Source: Streptosporangiales bacterium
Lineage (GTDB): Bacteria > Actinomycetota > Actinomycetes > Streptosporangiales > WHST01
DNA: 64,000 bases
Assembly: GCA_050698355.1 (NCBI GenBank)
Contig: JBOHBN010000132.1
Location: 1,195 to 65,194 of the forward strand
Direction: 5' to 3'
Part shown: in pieces, positions 1-8,139 of the stretch
Layout of the letters: each line of letters begins with the position of its first letter
How positions within the stretch are numbered: the stretch's first letter is position 1
Program-made: the position numbers and the translations under genes
The notes under the pieces: generated by a model
What the model saw: only the letters and a program-made list of their open reading frames with translations
Told to the model about the DNA's origin: nothing
The model's database searches: none

Positions 1-252
1 GCCCATGGCGAGCGCCACGCAGAGCACAAAGATGCCGACAAGCGGCCAGCCGATCGTGATCGCGATCGGACCGCCGGAGGTCATCGCGATCCCGTACGAG
101 GTGATGCAGCCGGCCAGGATGGAGATGATGGAGAACGAGACCGCGAAGTTGGAGAACGCGCTCATGCCGCGGCGCAGCTCCTGCTTGTAGCCCAGCTCCG
201 CCAGCTTCCTGGCGTCCTCGTCGAGCTCCTGGTCGAGCTGGCGCTCTGCCAT
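1..252 (-). CDS. amino-acid permease (APC superfamily), N-terminal fragment; gene runs off the left edge
   Basis: Not in the ORF track because it is truncated. Hand translation of the minus strand from ATG (252-250): MAERQLDQELDEDARKLAELGYKQELRRGMSAFSNFAVSFSIISILAGCITSYGIAMTSGGPIAITIGWPLVGIFVLCVALAMG. This is a cytoplasmic N-terminus followed by the SNFAxSFSIIS / GGP TM1-TM2 pattern typical of APC permeases. Confidence 0.7.
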   Translation of the reverse strand, partial: MAERQLDQELDEDARKLAELGYKQELRRGMSAFSNFAVSFSIISILAGCITSYGIAMTSGGPIAITIGWPLVGIFVLCVALAMG

Positions 253-361
253 GACACGCCTCCCAAACATCCCGAGACGGACCTTTGTGATCGGCGCCTC
301 GCGGTGCATTGGAGTGTGCCGCCGCCCATCGTGCCCTGTCAATGGTCTAAGCGAGAACCTT

Positions 362-425
362 TTAGTCGTGACGTTGCCGGTGCTGCTAGTTAGTCGTGAC
401 GTTGCCGGTGCTGCTAGGCTTAGTC
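362..425. repeat. tandem direct repeat: 28-bp unit TTAGTCGTGACGTTGCCGGTGCTGCTAG x2 (362-389, 390-417), then GC and a partial third unit TTAGTC (420-425)
   Basis: Read directly from the sequence. The two units are identical and lie 22-85 nt upstream of the antitoxin start codon. Confidence 0.9.
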
Positions 426-446
426 CAGTTAGCTAAGGAGACGGCC

Positions 447-692
447 ATGTCGGAGCCCGCGCCCGAGCACTACAACCTGCACGAGGCGAAGACGCAGCTG
501 TCACGGATCGTCCACCGGGTGGAGAACGGCGAGGAGATCGTACTCAGCCGCGCCGGCACGCCGGTCGCGAAGGTCGTACCGCTGCCGCGGAAGGTCCACC
601 GCGAAGGTCGCGGGATGTACCCGGATATCGAGATCGCCGACGACTTCGACGAGCTGCCCGATGAGATCGCCGAAGCCTTCGGCATGCGCTGA
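447..692 (+). CDS. type II antitoxin, Phd/YefM family
   Basis: Track ORF 396..692. The internal ATG at 447 is preceded by AAGGAG (435-440). HYNLHEAKTQLSRIVHRVENGEEIVLSRAGTPVAKVVP matches the Phd/YefM N-terminal fold pattern, and the tail is acidic (DDFDELPDEIAEAF). The stop TGA (690-692) shares a base with the ATG of the PIN gene. Confidence 0.8.
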   Translation: MSEPAPEHYNLHEAKTQLSRIVHRVENGEEIVLSRAGTPVAKVVPLPRKVHREGRGMYPDIEIADDFDELPDEIAEAFGMR

Positions 693-1066
693 TGCGGCTC
701 CTTCTGGACACGCACGTCATCCTGTGGTGGCTGGGTAATGCGCCCCGCCTCGCCTCGGACCTTATGACTCGGCTCGAGACCGAGCCCGAAACGTTCGTCA
801 GCGCGGTTTCTGTCTGGGAGGTCTCGATCAAGCAGGCTTTGGGCAAGCTGAAGGAACGCGCGAACCTAGCAGGAGCGATCAGCGAGCGCGGCTTCCGTGA
901 GCTGCCGGTCACCTTCCGGCACGCGGTGGCGGTTCGGGGGGTTCCGCCACACCACAAGGACCCGTTCGACCGGATGCTGATCGCGCAGGCCCGGGCGGAG
1001 AACCTGACGATCGTCACCCACGACCGGCGGTTCGAGAGCTACGACGTGCCGCTGCTCCTGGCCTGA
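692..1066 (+). CDS. vapC: VapC-type PIN-domain toxin (ribonuclease)
   Basis: MRLLLDTHVILWW... with the PIN acidic residues in the expected places (LLDTH, VWEVSIK, DPFDRMLIAQA, IVTHD). It is 124 aa and translationally coupled to the upstream antitoxin. Confidence 0.85.
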   Translation: MRLLLDTHVILWWLGNAPRLASDLMTRLETEPETFVSAVSVWEVSIKQALGKLKERANLAGAISERGFRELPVTFRHAVAVRGVPPHHKDPFDRMLIAQARAENLTIVTHDRRFESYDVPLLLA

Positions 1067-1111
1067 GCCGCTCGCAACGACAGCTGGGCCGGGGCTCCAG
1101 TCGGACATGCG

Positions 1112-1163
1112 GTGATCATGAAGGGTCTTCCGTGTCCTGGCCCGGGGAATCCTTCATGATCAC
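1112..1163. repeat. copy A of the 52-bp palindromic intergenic repeat (termini conserved, interior diverged and GC-rich)
   Basis: GTGATCATGAAGG-N26-CCTTCATGATCAC. It has the same 52-bp length and the same 11-nt ends as copies at 15558, 43225 and 48182. By hand count it matches copy B at 35 of 52 positions. Confidence 0.75.
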
Positions 1164-1187
1164 GCGAGGGCCGGCGTCCGCGCCGGG

Positions 1188-1209
1188 TGTCGGTGCCGCG
1201 ATGCAGGAT
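1188..1209 (+). promoter_or_regulatory. candidate RecA-independent DNA-damage promoter (RecA-NDp / PafBC type) in front of lhr
   Basis: TGTCGGTG (1188-1195), 8 nt, CAGGAT (1204-1209), compared with the published motif tTGTCRgtg-N8-TAnnnT. The upstream element is exact; the -10 keeps A2 and T6 but not T1. An in-frame GTG at 1216 lies 7 nt after the -10 and could be a leaderless start. Confidence 0.35.
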
Positions 1210-4200
1210 GGGGACGTGGCCGACTCCGTGCTCGACGCGTTCTCCCCGGTGACCCGCGCGTGGTTCACCGGGGCGTTCGCCGCGCCCACACCCGCGCAGG
1301 ACGGCGCGTGGCGCACGGTTAGCCGGGGCGAGCACTCGCTCGTCGTCGCGCCGACCGGTTCCGGCAAGACGCTCGCGGCGTTCCTCTGGGCGGTCGACCG
1401 GCTGGTGACCGGGCCGCCGCCTGACGACCCGAAGCGACGCTGCCGGGTGCTGTACGTCTCGCCACTGAAGGCGCTCGCGGTCGACGTCGAGCGCAACCTG
1501 CGGGCACCGCTGACCGGCATCCGGCACGCCGGCGAGCGGCTCGGCGCCGACGTCCCCGAGCTGAGCGTCGCGATCCGCTCCGGCGACACCCCGGCCGATC
1601 AGCGCCGCCGGCTCGGCACCCACCCACCCGACATCCTCATCACCACGCCGGAGTCACTGTTCCTGCTGCTCACCTCGCAGGCGCGCGAGACGCTGCGCGG
1701 CGTCGAGACCGTGGTGATCGACGAGGTGCACTCGGTCGCCGGCACGAAACGCGGTGCGCACCTCGCCCTGTCGCTGGAGCGCCTCGACGCGCTGCTCCCG
1801 CGGCCGGCGCAGCGACTCGGGCTGTCCGCGACCGTACGCCCCGTCGAGGAGATCGCGCGGTTCCTCGGTGGCACGACGCGGGACGTCACGGTCGTCCAGC
1901 CGCGCACGACCAAACAGGTCGACGTGAGCGTCGTCGTACCGGTCGAGGACATGCGCGACCTCGGCGAGTCCACCGGCGAGGTCGACGGCAACGCGGCAGG
2001 CCCGGAACGGCGCGCCTCGATCTGGCCGCACGTCGAGGAGCGGGTACTCGACCTCGTCCAGGGCCACCGGTCGACGATCGTGTTCGCCAACTCCAGACGA
2101 GCCGCCGAGCGACTCTGCGCCCGCGTCAACGAGGTGTGGACCGAACGCCAGGGAGCCGCGCTCGACGACACCCTCGCGCCCGCCCAGGCGATGGGACAGT
2201 CGGGCGCGAGCCGCGGCGCACCGGAGGAGGTCGCACGCGCGCACCACGGCTCGGTGTCGAAGGAGCAGCGCGCCGAGATCGAGGAGTCGCTGAAGGCCGG
2301 ACGGCTGCCGGCGGTGGTGGCGACGAGCAGTCTGGAGCTCGGCATCGACATGGGAGCGGTCGACCTCGTCGTCCAGGTCGAGGCGCCCCCGTCGGTGGCC
2401 AGCGGGCTGCAACGCGTCGGGCGGTCCGGCCACCACGTCGGCGCGGTGAGCAAGGGGGTGGTGTTCCCCAAGTACCGCGGTGACCTGCTCGCGAGCGCGG
2501 TCGTCGCCGAGCGGATGGGCACGGGGCAGATCGAGGAGATGCGCTATCCCCGCAACCCCCTCGACATCCTCGCCCAGCAGGTCGTCGCCGCCTGCTCGGT
2601 CGACGAGTGGGCCGCCGACGACCTGCTCGCCCTGGTACGCCGCTCCGCACCGTTCGAGTCCCTGCCGCAGTCGGCGTACGACGCGGTGCTCGACATGCTC
2701 GCCGGCCGCTACCCGAGCGACGAGTTCGCCGAGCTGCGCCCGCGCATCGTCTGGGACCGCGTTGCCGGCACGCTGACGGCACGGCCGGGCGCGCAGCGGC
2801 TCGCGGTGACCAGCGGCGGCACGATCCCCGACCGCGGCCTGTTCGGCGTCTTCCTCGTCGGCGAGCGCGGTTCCCGGGTCGGCGAGCTGGACGAGGAGAT
2901 GGTGTACGAGTCGCGGGTCGGCGACGTCTTCACACTCGGCTCGACTTCCTGGCGGATCGAGGACATCACCCACGACCGGGTGCTGGTCTCCCCGGCGCCC
3001 GGGCGCGGCGGGCGGCTGCCGTTCTGGAAGGGCGACGCGCCCGGACGGCCCGCGGAGATGGGCCGCGCGCTCGGCGCCTTCACCCGCGAGCTGTCCCGCC
3101 TCGAGTCAGGCGCGGCACGCGACCGGCTCGCCGCTGCCGGCCTGGACGACTGGGCGGCGGGCAACCTGCTCACCTACCTCGACGAGCAACGGCAGGCGAC
3201 AGGGCACCTGCCGGACGACCGCACCATCGTGGTGGAGCGGTTCCACGACGAGCTGGGCGACTGGCGTGTCGTCGTACACTCGCCGTTCGGCGCGCAGGTG
3301 CACGCCCCGTGGGCGTTCGCGATGACCGCACGGCTGCGCGAGCAGTACGGCGTGGAGGCGCAGGCCGTCCACTCCGACGACGGCATCGTCCTGCGCATCC
3401 CGGAAACCGACGAGCGGCCTCCCGCCGGGCTCGCGCTGTTCGACCCGGACGAGGTCGAGGCCCTGGTCACCGACGAGGTCGGCAACTCCACGCTGTTCGC
3501 CGCCCGGTTCCGCGAGTGCGCGGCCCGCTCGCTGCTGCTGCCCCGCCAGCGGCCGGGCCGACGGATGCCGCTGTGGCAGCAACGGCAACGTTCGGCGCAG
3601 CTGCTCCAGGTGGCCAGCAGGTACGCGTCCTTCCCCGTCACGTTGGAGACGATGCGCGAGTGCCTGCAGGACGTGTTCGACGTGCCGGGCCTCGTCGAGC
3701 TGCTGCGCGACGTCGACCGCCGGGTTGTACGCATCGTCGAGGTCGAGACGCCGGAGCCGTCGCCGTTCGCCCGCTCGCTGCTCTTCGGCTACGTCGGCGA
3801 GTTCCTGTACGAGGGCGACGCGCCGCTCGCAGAACGCCGGGCCCGCGCGCTCGCGCTCGACTCCTCGTTGCTCGCCGAGCTGCTCGGCCAGGCCGAGCTG
3901 CGCGAGCTGCTCGACCCGGACGCTGTGGCCGAGGTCGAGCAGGAACTCACCAGGCTCACGCCCGACCGCGCTGCCAGAGACGCCGAGGATGTCGCCGACC
4001 TGCTGCGCGTGCTCGGGCCGCTCTCGACCGAGGCCGCCGTTGCCCGCGGCGTGCAACCGGAGTGGCTCGCCGGATTGGAGGAGAGCCGGCGAGCGATCCG
4101 GGTACGCGTGGCCGGCGAGGAGCGCTGGGCGTCGATCGAGGACGCGGCGCGGCTGCGCGACGCGCTCGGCGTACCGCCGCCGCCCGGCGTCCCCGACGCC

Positions 4201-5739
4201 CTGCTTGCACCGGTCGACGACCCGCTCGGCGACCTCGTCTCCCGCTACGCCCGCACTCACGGCCCGTTCCATGTCGTCGATCTCGCCGCCGAGCTGGGCC
4301 TGGGTACAGCAGTGGTCACCGGCGTCCTGCGCCGCCTCACGGCCGACGGCCGGGTGGTCGAGGGCGAGTTCCGTCCCGGAGGTACAGGTACCGAGTGGTG
4401 CGACGCCGGCGTGCTGCGCCGGCTACGCCGCAGGTCGCTCGCCGCACTGCGCGAGGAGACCGAACCGGTCGCGCAGTCCGCGCTCGCCGCGTTCCTACCG
4501 GGCTGGCAGCACGCCGGCCCGGCGGCCAGCACCCTGCGCGGCGCGGACGGGTTGCTCCGCGCCGTCGAGCAACTGCAGGGCGCGGTAGTGCCGGCGTCGG
4601 CACTGGAGTCGCTGGTCCTGCCGTCTCGCGTGGCCGACTACGCGCCGGCCATGCTCGACGAACTGATGGCCGCCGGTGAGGTGGTGTGGTCCGGCGCCGG
4701 GGCGCTCGCCGGTGGCGACGGCTGGGTCGTGCTCGCGCTCGCCGACACCGCACCGCTGCTCCTGCCCGAGCCGGCAGCGATCGAGCTCTCCGACCTGCAT
4801 CGCGGCGTGCTCGACGCGCTGGAGGGCGGCGGCGCGCTGTTCTTCCGGCAGCTCACCGAGCGCACCGGCTCCCTCGACGACGCGTCGCTGGCCGCCACGT
4901 TGTGGGATCTCGTCTGGTCCGGGCGCGTGACTGGCGACACGGTCGGCCCCCTGCGGGCGCTGCTCGGCGCCGGCGGCACGCATCGCCGCAGGCAGAGCGC
5001 GCCTCGCGGACGGTACGCGAGCCGTCGCACCCGCCCCGCCCTGCCGACACGGGCGGGCCCGCCGTCGACGCGGGGGCGGTGGTCGCTCACACCCGCGGCG
5101 GCGACCGACCCGACCCGGCGGGCGCATGCCGTCGCCGAGACGCTGCTCGACCGGCACGGCGTGGTCACCAGGGGTGTGGCGCCCGCGGAGCGCGTTCCAG
5201 GCGGGTTCGCCGCCGTCTACCGGGTGCTGCGAGCGTTCGAGGAGTCCGGTCGCTGCCGCCGCGGGTATTTCGTCGACGGCCTGGGCGCGGCCCAGTTCGC
5301 GACGCCTGGCGCGGTCGACCAGCTGCGGCTGTCGGCCGAGGAGCGGGCGCGAGAGGACACCGATCGCACCGCCCTGCTCCTCGCCGCGACCGACCCGGCG
5401 AACCCGTACGGGGCGGCGCTGGCGTGGCCGGACCGCCCGGGCGAGCTTGCGCCCGGGCACCGTCCCGGGCGCAAGGCCGGCGCCCTGGTCGTACTCATCG
5501 ACGGGCAGCTGGTGCTCTACGTCGAGCGCGGCGGCCGCACGCTGCTCTCCTGGACCGACGACCCTGCGTTACTGCAACCGGCGGTCGACGCGCTTGCCCT
5601 CGCCGTCCGCGACGGGCACCTGGGCAAGCTGACCGTGGAACGCGCCGACGGCGATGCCGTACGCGACACCGCGCTCGCCGAGGCGCTGCGCGCCGCGGGC
5701 TTCCACGCCACGCCCCGCGGCCTGCGGCTGCGCGCCTGA
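1201..5739 (+). CDS. lhr: ATP-dependent DEAH-box helicase Lhr (large helicase-related)
   Basis: APTGSGKTLAAF (motif I), VIDEVHS (motif II), LSATV, TSSLELGIDMG and QRVGRSGH (motif VI), with a ~1500-aa length and long C-terminal domain as in mycobacterial Lhr. The track ORF starts at 1132 inside the repeat; I prefer ATG 1201 (or GTG 1216), giving ~12-17 aa before the conserved TRAWF. Confidence 0.9.
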   Translation: MQDGDVADSVLDAFSPVTRAWFTGAFAAPTPAQDGAWRTVSRGEHSLVVAPTGSGKTLAAFLWAVDRLVTGPPPDDPKRRCRVLYVSPLKALAVDVERNLRAPLTGIRHAGERLGADVPELSVAIRSGDTPADQRRRLGTHPPDILITTPESLFLLLTSQARETLRGVETVVIDEVHSVAGTKRGAHLALSLERLDALLPRPAQRLGLSATVRPVEEIARFLGGTTRDVTVVQPRTTKQVDVSVVVPVEDMRDLGESTGEVDGNAAGPERRASIWPHVEERVLDLVQGHRSTIVFANSRRAAERLCARVNEVWTERQGAALDDTLAPAQAMGQSGASRGAPEEVARAHHGSVSKEQRAEIEESLKAGRLPAVVATSSLELGIDMGAVDLVVQVEAPPSVASGLQRVGRSGHHVGAVSKGVVFPKYRGDLLASAVVAERMGTGQIEEMRYPRNPLDILAQQVVAACSVDEWAADDLLALVRRSAPFESLPQSAYDAVLDMLAGRYPSDEFAELRPRIVWDRVAGTLTARPGAQRLAVTSGGTIPDRGLFGVFLVGERGSRVGELDEEMVYESRVGDVFTLGSTSWRIEDITHDRVLVSPAPGRGGRLPFWKGDAPGRPAEMGRALGAFTRELSRLESGAARDRLAAAGLDDWAAGNLLTYLDEQRQATGHLPDDRTIVVERFHDELGDWRVVVHSPFGAQVHAPWAFAMTARLREQYGVEAQAVHSDDGIVLRIPETDERPPAGLALFDPDEVEALVTDEVGNSTLFAARFRECAARSLLLPRQRPGRRMPLWQQRQRSAQLLQVASRYASFPVTLETMRECLQDVFDVPGLVELLRDVDRRVVRIVEVETPEPSPFARSLLFGYVGEFLYEGDAPLAERRARALALDSSLLAELLGQAELRELLDPDAVAEVEQELTRLTPDRAARDAEDVADLLRVLGPLSTEAAVARGVQPEWLAGLEESRRAIRVRVAGEERWASIEDAARLRDALGVPPPPGVPDALLAPVDDPLGDLVSRYARTHGPFHVVDLAAELGLGTAVVTGVLRRLTADGRVVEGEFRPGGTGTEWCDAGVLRRLRRRSLAALREETEPVAQSALAAFLPGWQHAGPAASTLRGADGLLRAVEQLQGAVVPASALESLVLPSRVADYAPAMLDELMAAGEVVWSGAGALAGGDGWVVLALADTAPLLLPEPAAIELSDLHRGVLDALEGGGALFFRQLTERTGSLDDASLAATLWDLVWSGRVTGDTVGPLRALLGAGGTHRRRQSAPRGRYASRRTRPALPTRAGPPSTRGRWSLTPAAATDPTRRAHAVAETLLDRHGVVTRGVAPAERVPGGFAAVYRVLRAFEESGRCRRGYFVDGLGAAQFATPGAVDQLRLSAEERAREDTDRTALLLAATDPANPYGAALAWPDRPGELAPGHRPGRKAGALVVLIDGQLVLYVERGGRTLLSWTDDPALLQPAVDALALAVRDGHLGKLTVERADGDAVRDTALAEALRAAGFHATPRGLRLRA

Positions 5740-5828
5740 CCGACGCGGTCGCGCACGTGTGTGGGGCCATGGCCTCGATCGGGTACACCTGCCGGTAGAG
5801 CCGTTGCCTCGGCCGTGAGGAGCCCGCC

Positions 5829-7091
5829 ATGGTTGTCACATCAGCCGCATCGTCCGTGCTCGCAGGCTCGGGCACCATCCGGCAGTGGCAGGAAGACCTC
5901 TATCGCGATCTGCACCGGCATCCCGAGCTGTCCCACCAGGAACGACGGACTGCCGAGAAGGTTGCCGACCGGCTCGGAAGGGCCGGGTTCCGAGTACACC
6001 CTGGTGTCGGTGGTACGGGCGTTGTCGGCGTGCTGGGCAATGGGAGCGGTCCGACGGTGCTGATGCGTGCGGACATGGACGCTCTTCCGGTGCGTGAGGC
6101 GACCGGGCTGCCGTATGCCAGCACCGTGACCGCCACGGATGAAAGCGGCAACGACGTCCCGGTTGCCCACGCCTGCGGACACGATGTGCACGTGGTCTGC
6201 CTGCTCGGCGCCGCGGCATTGCTCGCCGACGCCGCCCACCAGTGGAGCGGGACCGTGGTAGCGCTGTTCCAACCGGCCGAGGAGACCGCCGACGGCGCCC
6301 AGGGGATGATCTACGACGGTCTCGCGCAGCTGATCCCTGCCCCGGACGTGGCGCTGGCCCAACACGTGTTGCCCGCGCCGGCCGGTGATCTCGGCACCCG
6401 CTCCGGGCCCGTGCTGTCCGCTGCCGACAGCGTGCGCATCACCGTGCACGGACGCGGCGGGCACGGCTCGATGCCGCAGGCCACGGTGGACCCTGTGGTC
6501 CTCGCCGCGATGATCGTGGTCCGGTTGCAGACCGTCATCGCCCGCGAGACACCGCCCGGGGAAACCGCGGTGCTCACCGTCGGCAGCATCCAGGCAGGTA
6601 CGAAGAGCAACGTCATCCCCGACAACGCCGTCGTACAGCTCAACATCCGCACCTACAGCGAACAGACCAGGAGCGCAATCCTGGACGCGGTGCGCCGCAT
6701 CGTCACCGCCGAGTGCCGAGCCTCGAGTTGCCCGAAGGAGCCGGAGTTCGAGTACTTCGAACGCTTCCCGTTGACCGACAACGATCCTTCGGTTACCGAT
6801 CGGGTGGCCAGCTCCTTCACCGACTTCTTCGGCGACCGCGCCCAGACGATGGAGCAGCAGACCGCGAGCGAGGACTTCGGTGACATCCCGAACGTGCTCG
6901 GCGTTCCCTACACCTACTGGGGTCTCGGCGGCATCGACTCGGCGGTCTACCGCAGGGCCGAGGCCGCCGGTCGCGTCGCGCAAGACGTTCCGGTGAACCA
7001 CTCCCCGCAGTTCGCTCCGGAGCTGCAACCCACTCTCGACACCGGTACCCAAGCCCTGGTCGTCGCGGCACTGGCCTGGCTGGCTCGTTGA
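5829..7091 (+). CDS. M20D-family amidohydrolase (N-acyl-amino-acid / hippurate hydrolase-like)
   Basis: HPELSHQE, HACGHDVH, FQPAEE and GGHGSMP are the characteristic metal-binding and dimerisation-region motifs of M20D amidohydrolases. 420 aa. Confidence 0.85.
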   Translation: MVVTSAASSVLAGSGTIRQWQEDLYRDLHRHPELSHQERRTAEKVADRLGRAGFRVHPGVGGTGVVGVLGNGSGPTVLMRADMDALPVREATGLPYASTVTATDESGNDVPVAHACGHDVHVVCLLGAAALLADAAHQWSGTVVALFQPAEETADGAQGMIYDGLAQLIPAPDVALAQHVLPAPAGDLGTRSGPVLSAADSVRITVHGRGGHGSMPQATVDPVVLAAMIVVRLQTVIARETPPGETAVLTVGSIQAGTKSNVIPDNAVVQLNIRTYSEQTRSAILDAVRRIVTAECRASSCPKEPEFEYFERFPLTDNDPSVTDRVASSFTDFFGDRAQTMEQQTASEDFGDIPNVLGVPYTYWGLGGIDSAVYRRAEAAGRVAQDVPVNHSPQFAPELQPTLDTGTQALVVAALAWLAR

Positions 7092-7179
7092 CTCACCGCC
7101 GGTCGACTGGTCTCGGCCTGTACCTGCGCGGCCGGCCGCACCACTACGGTTGACCGCAGGCGACCGGAGAGGATTCGCG

Positions 7180-8139
7180 ATGACGCTGCGCTGTGCCGTG
7201 CTCGACGACTACCAGGACGCCGCGATGCGCGTGGCGGACTGGTCGCACCTCGACGGGCGGGTGGAGATCACGACGTACCAGCGGCACCTCGGCACCGGCG
7301 ACGACGTCGTCACGGCGCTGCGCGACTACGACGTGATCGTCGCGATGCGCGAGCGCACCCCGTTCCCCGCGGAGGTGCTCGCGCAGCTGCCGCGCCTGCG
7401 GTTGCTCGTCACCACGGGGATGCGCAACGCGTCCATCGACATGCAGGCCGCGCGCGACAACGGCGTGACCGTCTCGGGCACCGCGAGCCGTCCCGACCCG
7501 CCTGCGGAGCTGACCTGGGCGCTGATCCTCGGCCTCGCCCGGCACCTGGTGCCGGAGAGCACCGCCCTACGGGCCGACGGCCCCTGGCAGTCGACCATCG
7601 GCACCGACCTCACCGGCCGGACGCTGGGACTGCTCGGGTTCGGCAAGATCGGCACCCGCGTCGCGCGGGTCGGCCGCGCGTTCGGCATGGACGTCGCCGC
7701 GTGGAGCCAGAACCTGACGCCGGACCGTACCGATGCGGAGGGCGTGCGCCTCGCCGGGTCGAAGGAGGAGCTTCTCGGCCGGGCCGACTTCGTCTCTGTG
7801 CACCTCGTGCTGAGCGATCGCACCCGCGGCCTGCTCGACGACGCGGCACTCGGCGCGATGCGTCCGGACGCGTACCTCGTCAACACCTCCCGCGCCGCCA
7901 TTGTCGACCAGGCCGCGCTGATCGACGCGCTCGAACAGGAACGGATCGCCGGCGCGGGGCTGGACGTGTACGAACTGGAGCCGCTGCCCGCCCGGCACCC
8001 GCTGCGTACCCTGCCGAACGTGCTCGCCACGCCGCACATCGGCTACGTGACGAAGGGGAGCTACTCGGTGTACTACGGCGAGGCGGTCGAGGACATCGTT
8101 GCGTACCTCGCCGGGTCGCCGGTGCGCGTCCTCACGTGA
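7180..8139 (+). CDS. D-isomer-specific 2-hydroxyacid dehydrogenase family protein
   Basis: GLLGFGKIGTRVARVGRAFGMDV (Rossmann GxGxxG), VNTSRAAIVD and TPHIGYVT catalytic region. ATG 7180 (MTLRCAVLDDY) is preferred over the TTG at 7150. Confidence 0.85.
   Translation: MTLRCAVLDDYQDAAMRVADWSHLDGRVEITTYQRHLGTGDDVVTALRDYDVIVAMRERTPFPAEVLAQLPRLRLLVTTGMRNASIDMQAARDNGVTVSGTASRPDPPAELTWALILGLARHLVPESTALRADGPWQSTIGTDLTGRTLGLLGFGKIGTRVARVGRAFGMDVAAWSQNLTPDRTDAEGVRLAGSKEELLGRADFVSVHLVLSDRTRGLLDDAALGAMRPDAYLVNTSRAAIVDQAALIDALEQERIAGAGLDVYELEPLPARHPLRTLPNVLATPHIGYVTKGSYSVYYGEAVEDIVAYLAGSPVRVLT

Noticed and set aside
362-425. The 28-bp tandem repeat could be a CRISPR fragment.
   Set aside because: The two units are directly adjacent with no spacers, there are no cas genes, and the repeat sits in a TA promoter.
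1654-4679. Very long ORFs overlapping lhr in other frames or on the other strand (e.g. 1654..2973-, 2607..4679+ of 690 aa, 3106..4272-).
   Set aside because: Their translations are Arg/Ala/Pro/Gly-rich low-complexity strings with no motifs, and they lie entirely inside a helicase gene with all canonical motifs. This is the usual open-frame artefact of ~70% GC DNA. The same reasoning applies to the antisense ORFs over purL, clpB, dnaK, ftsK, purF and others.
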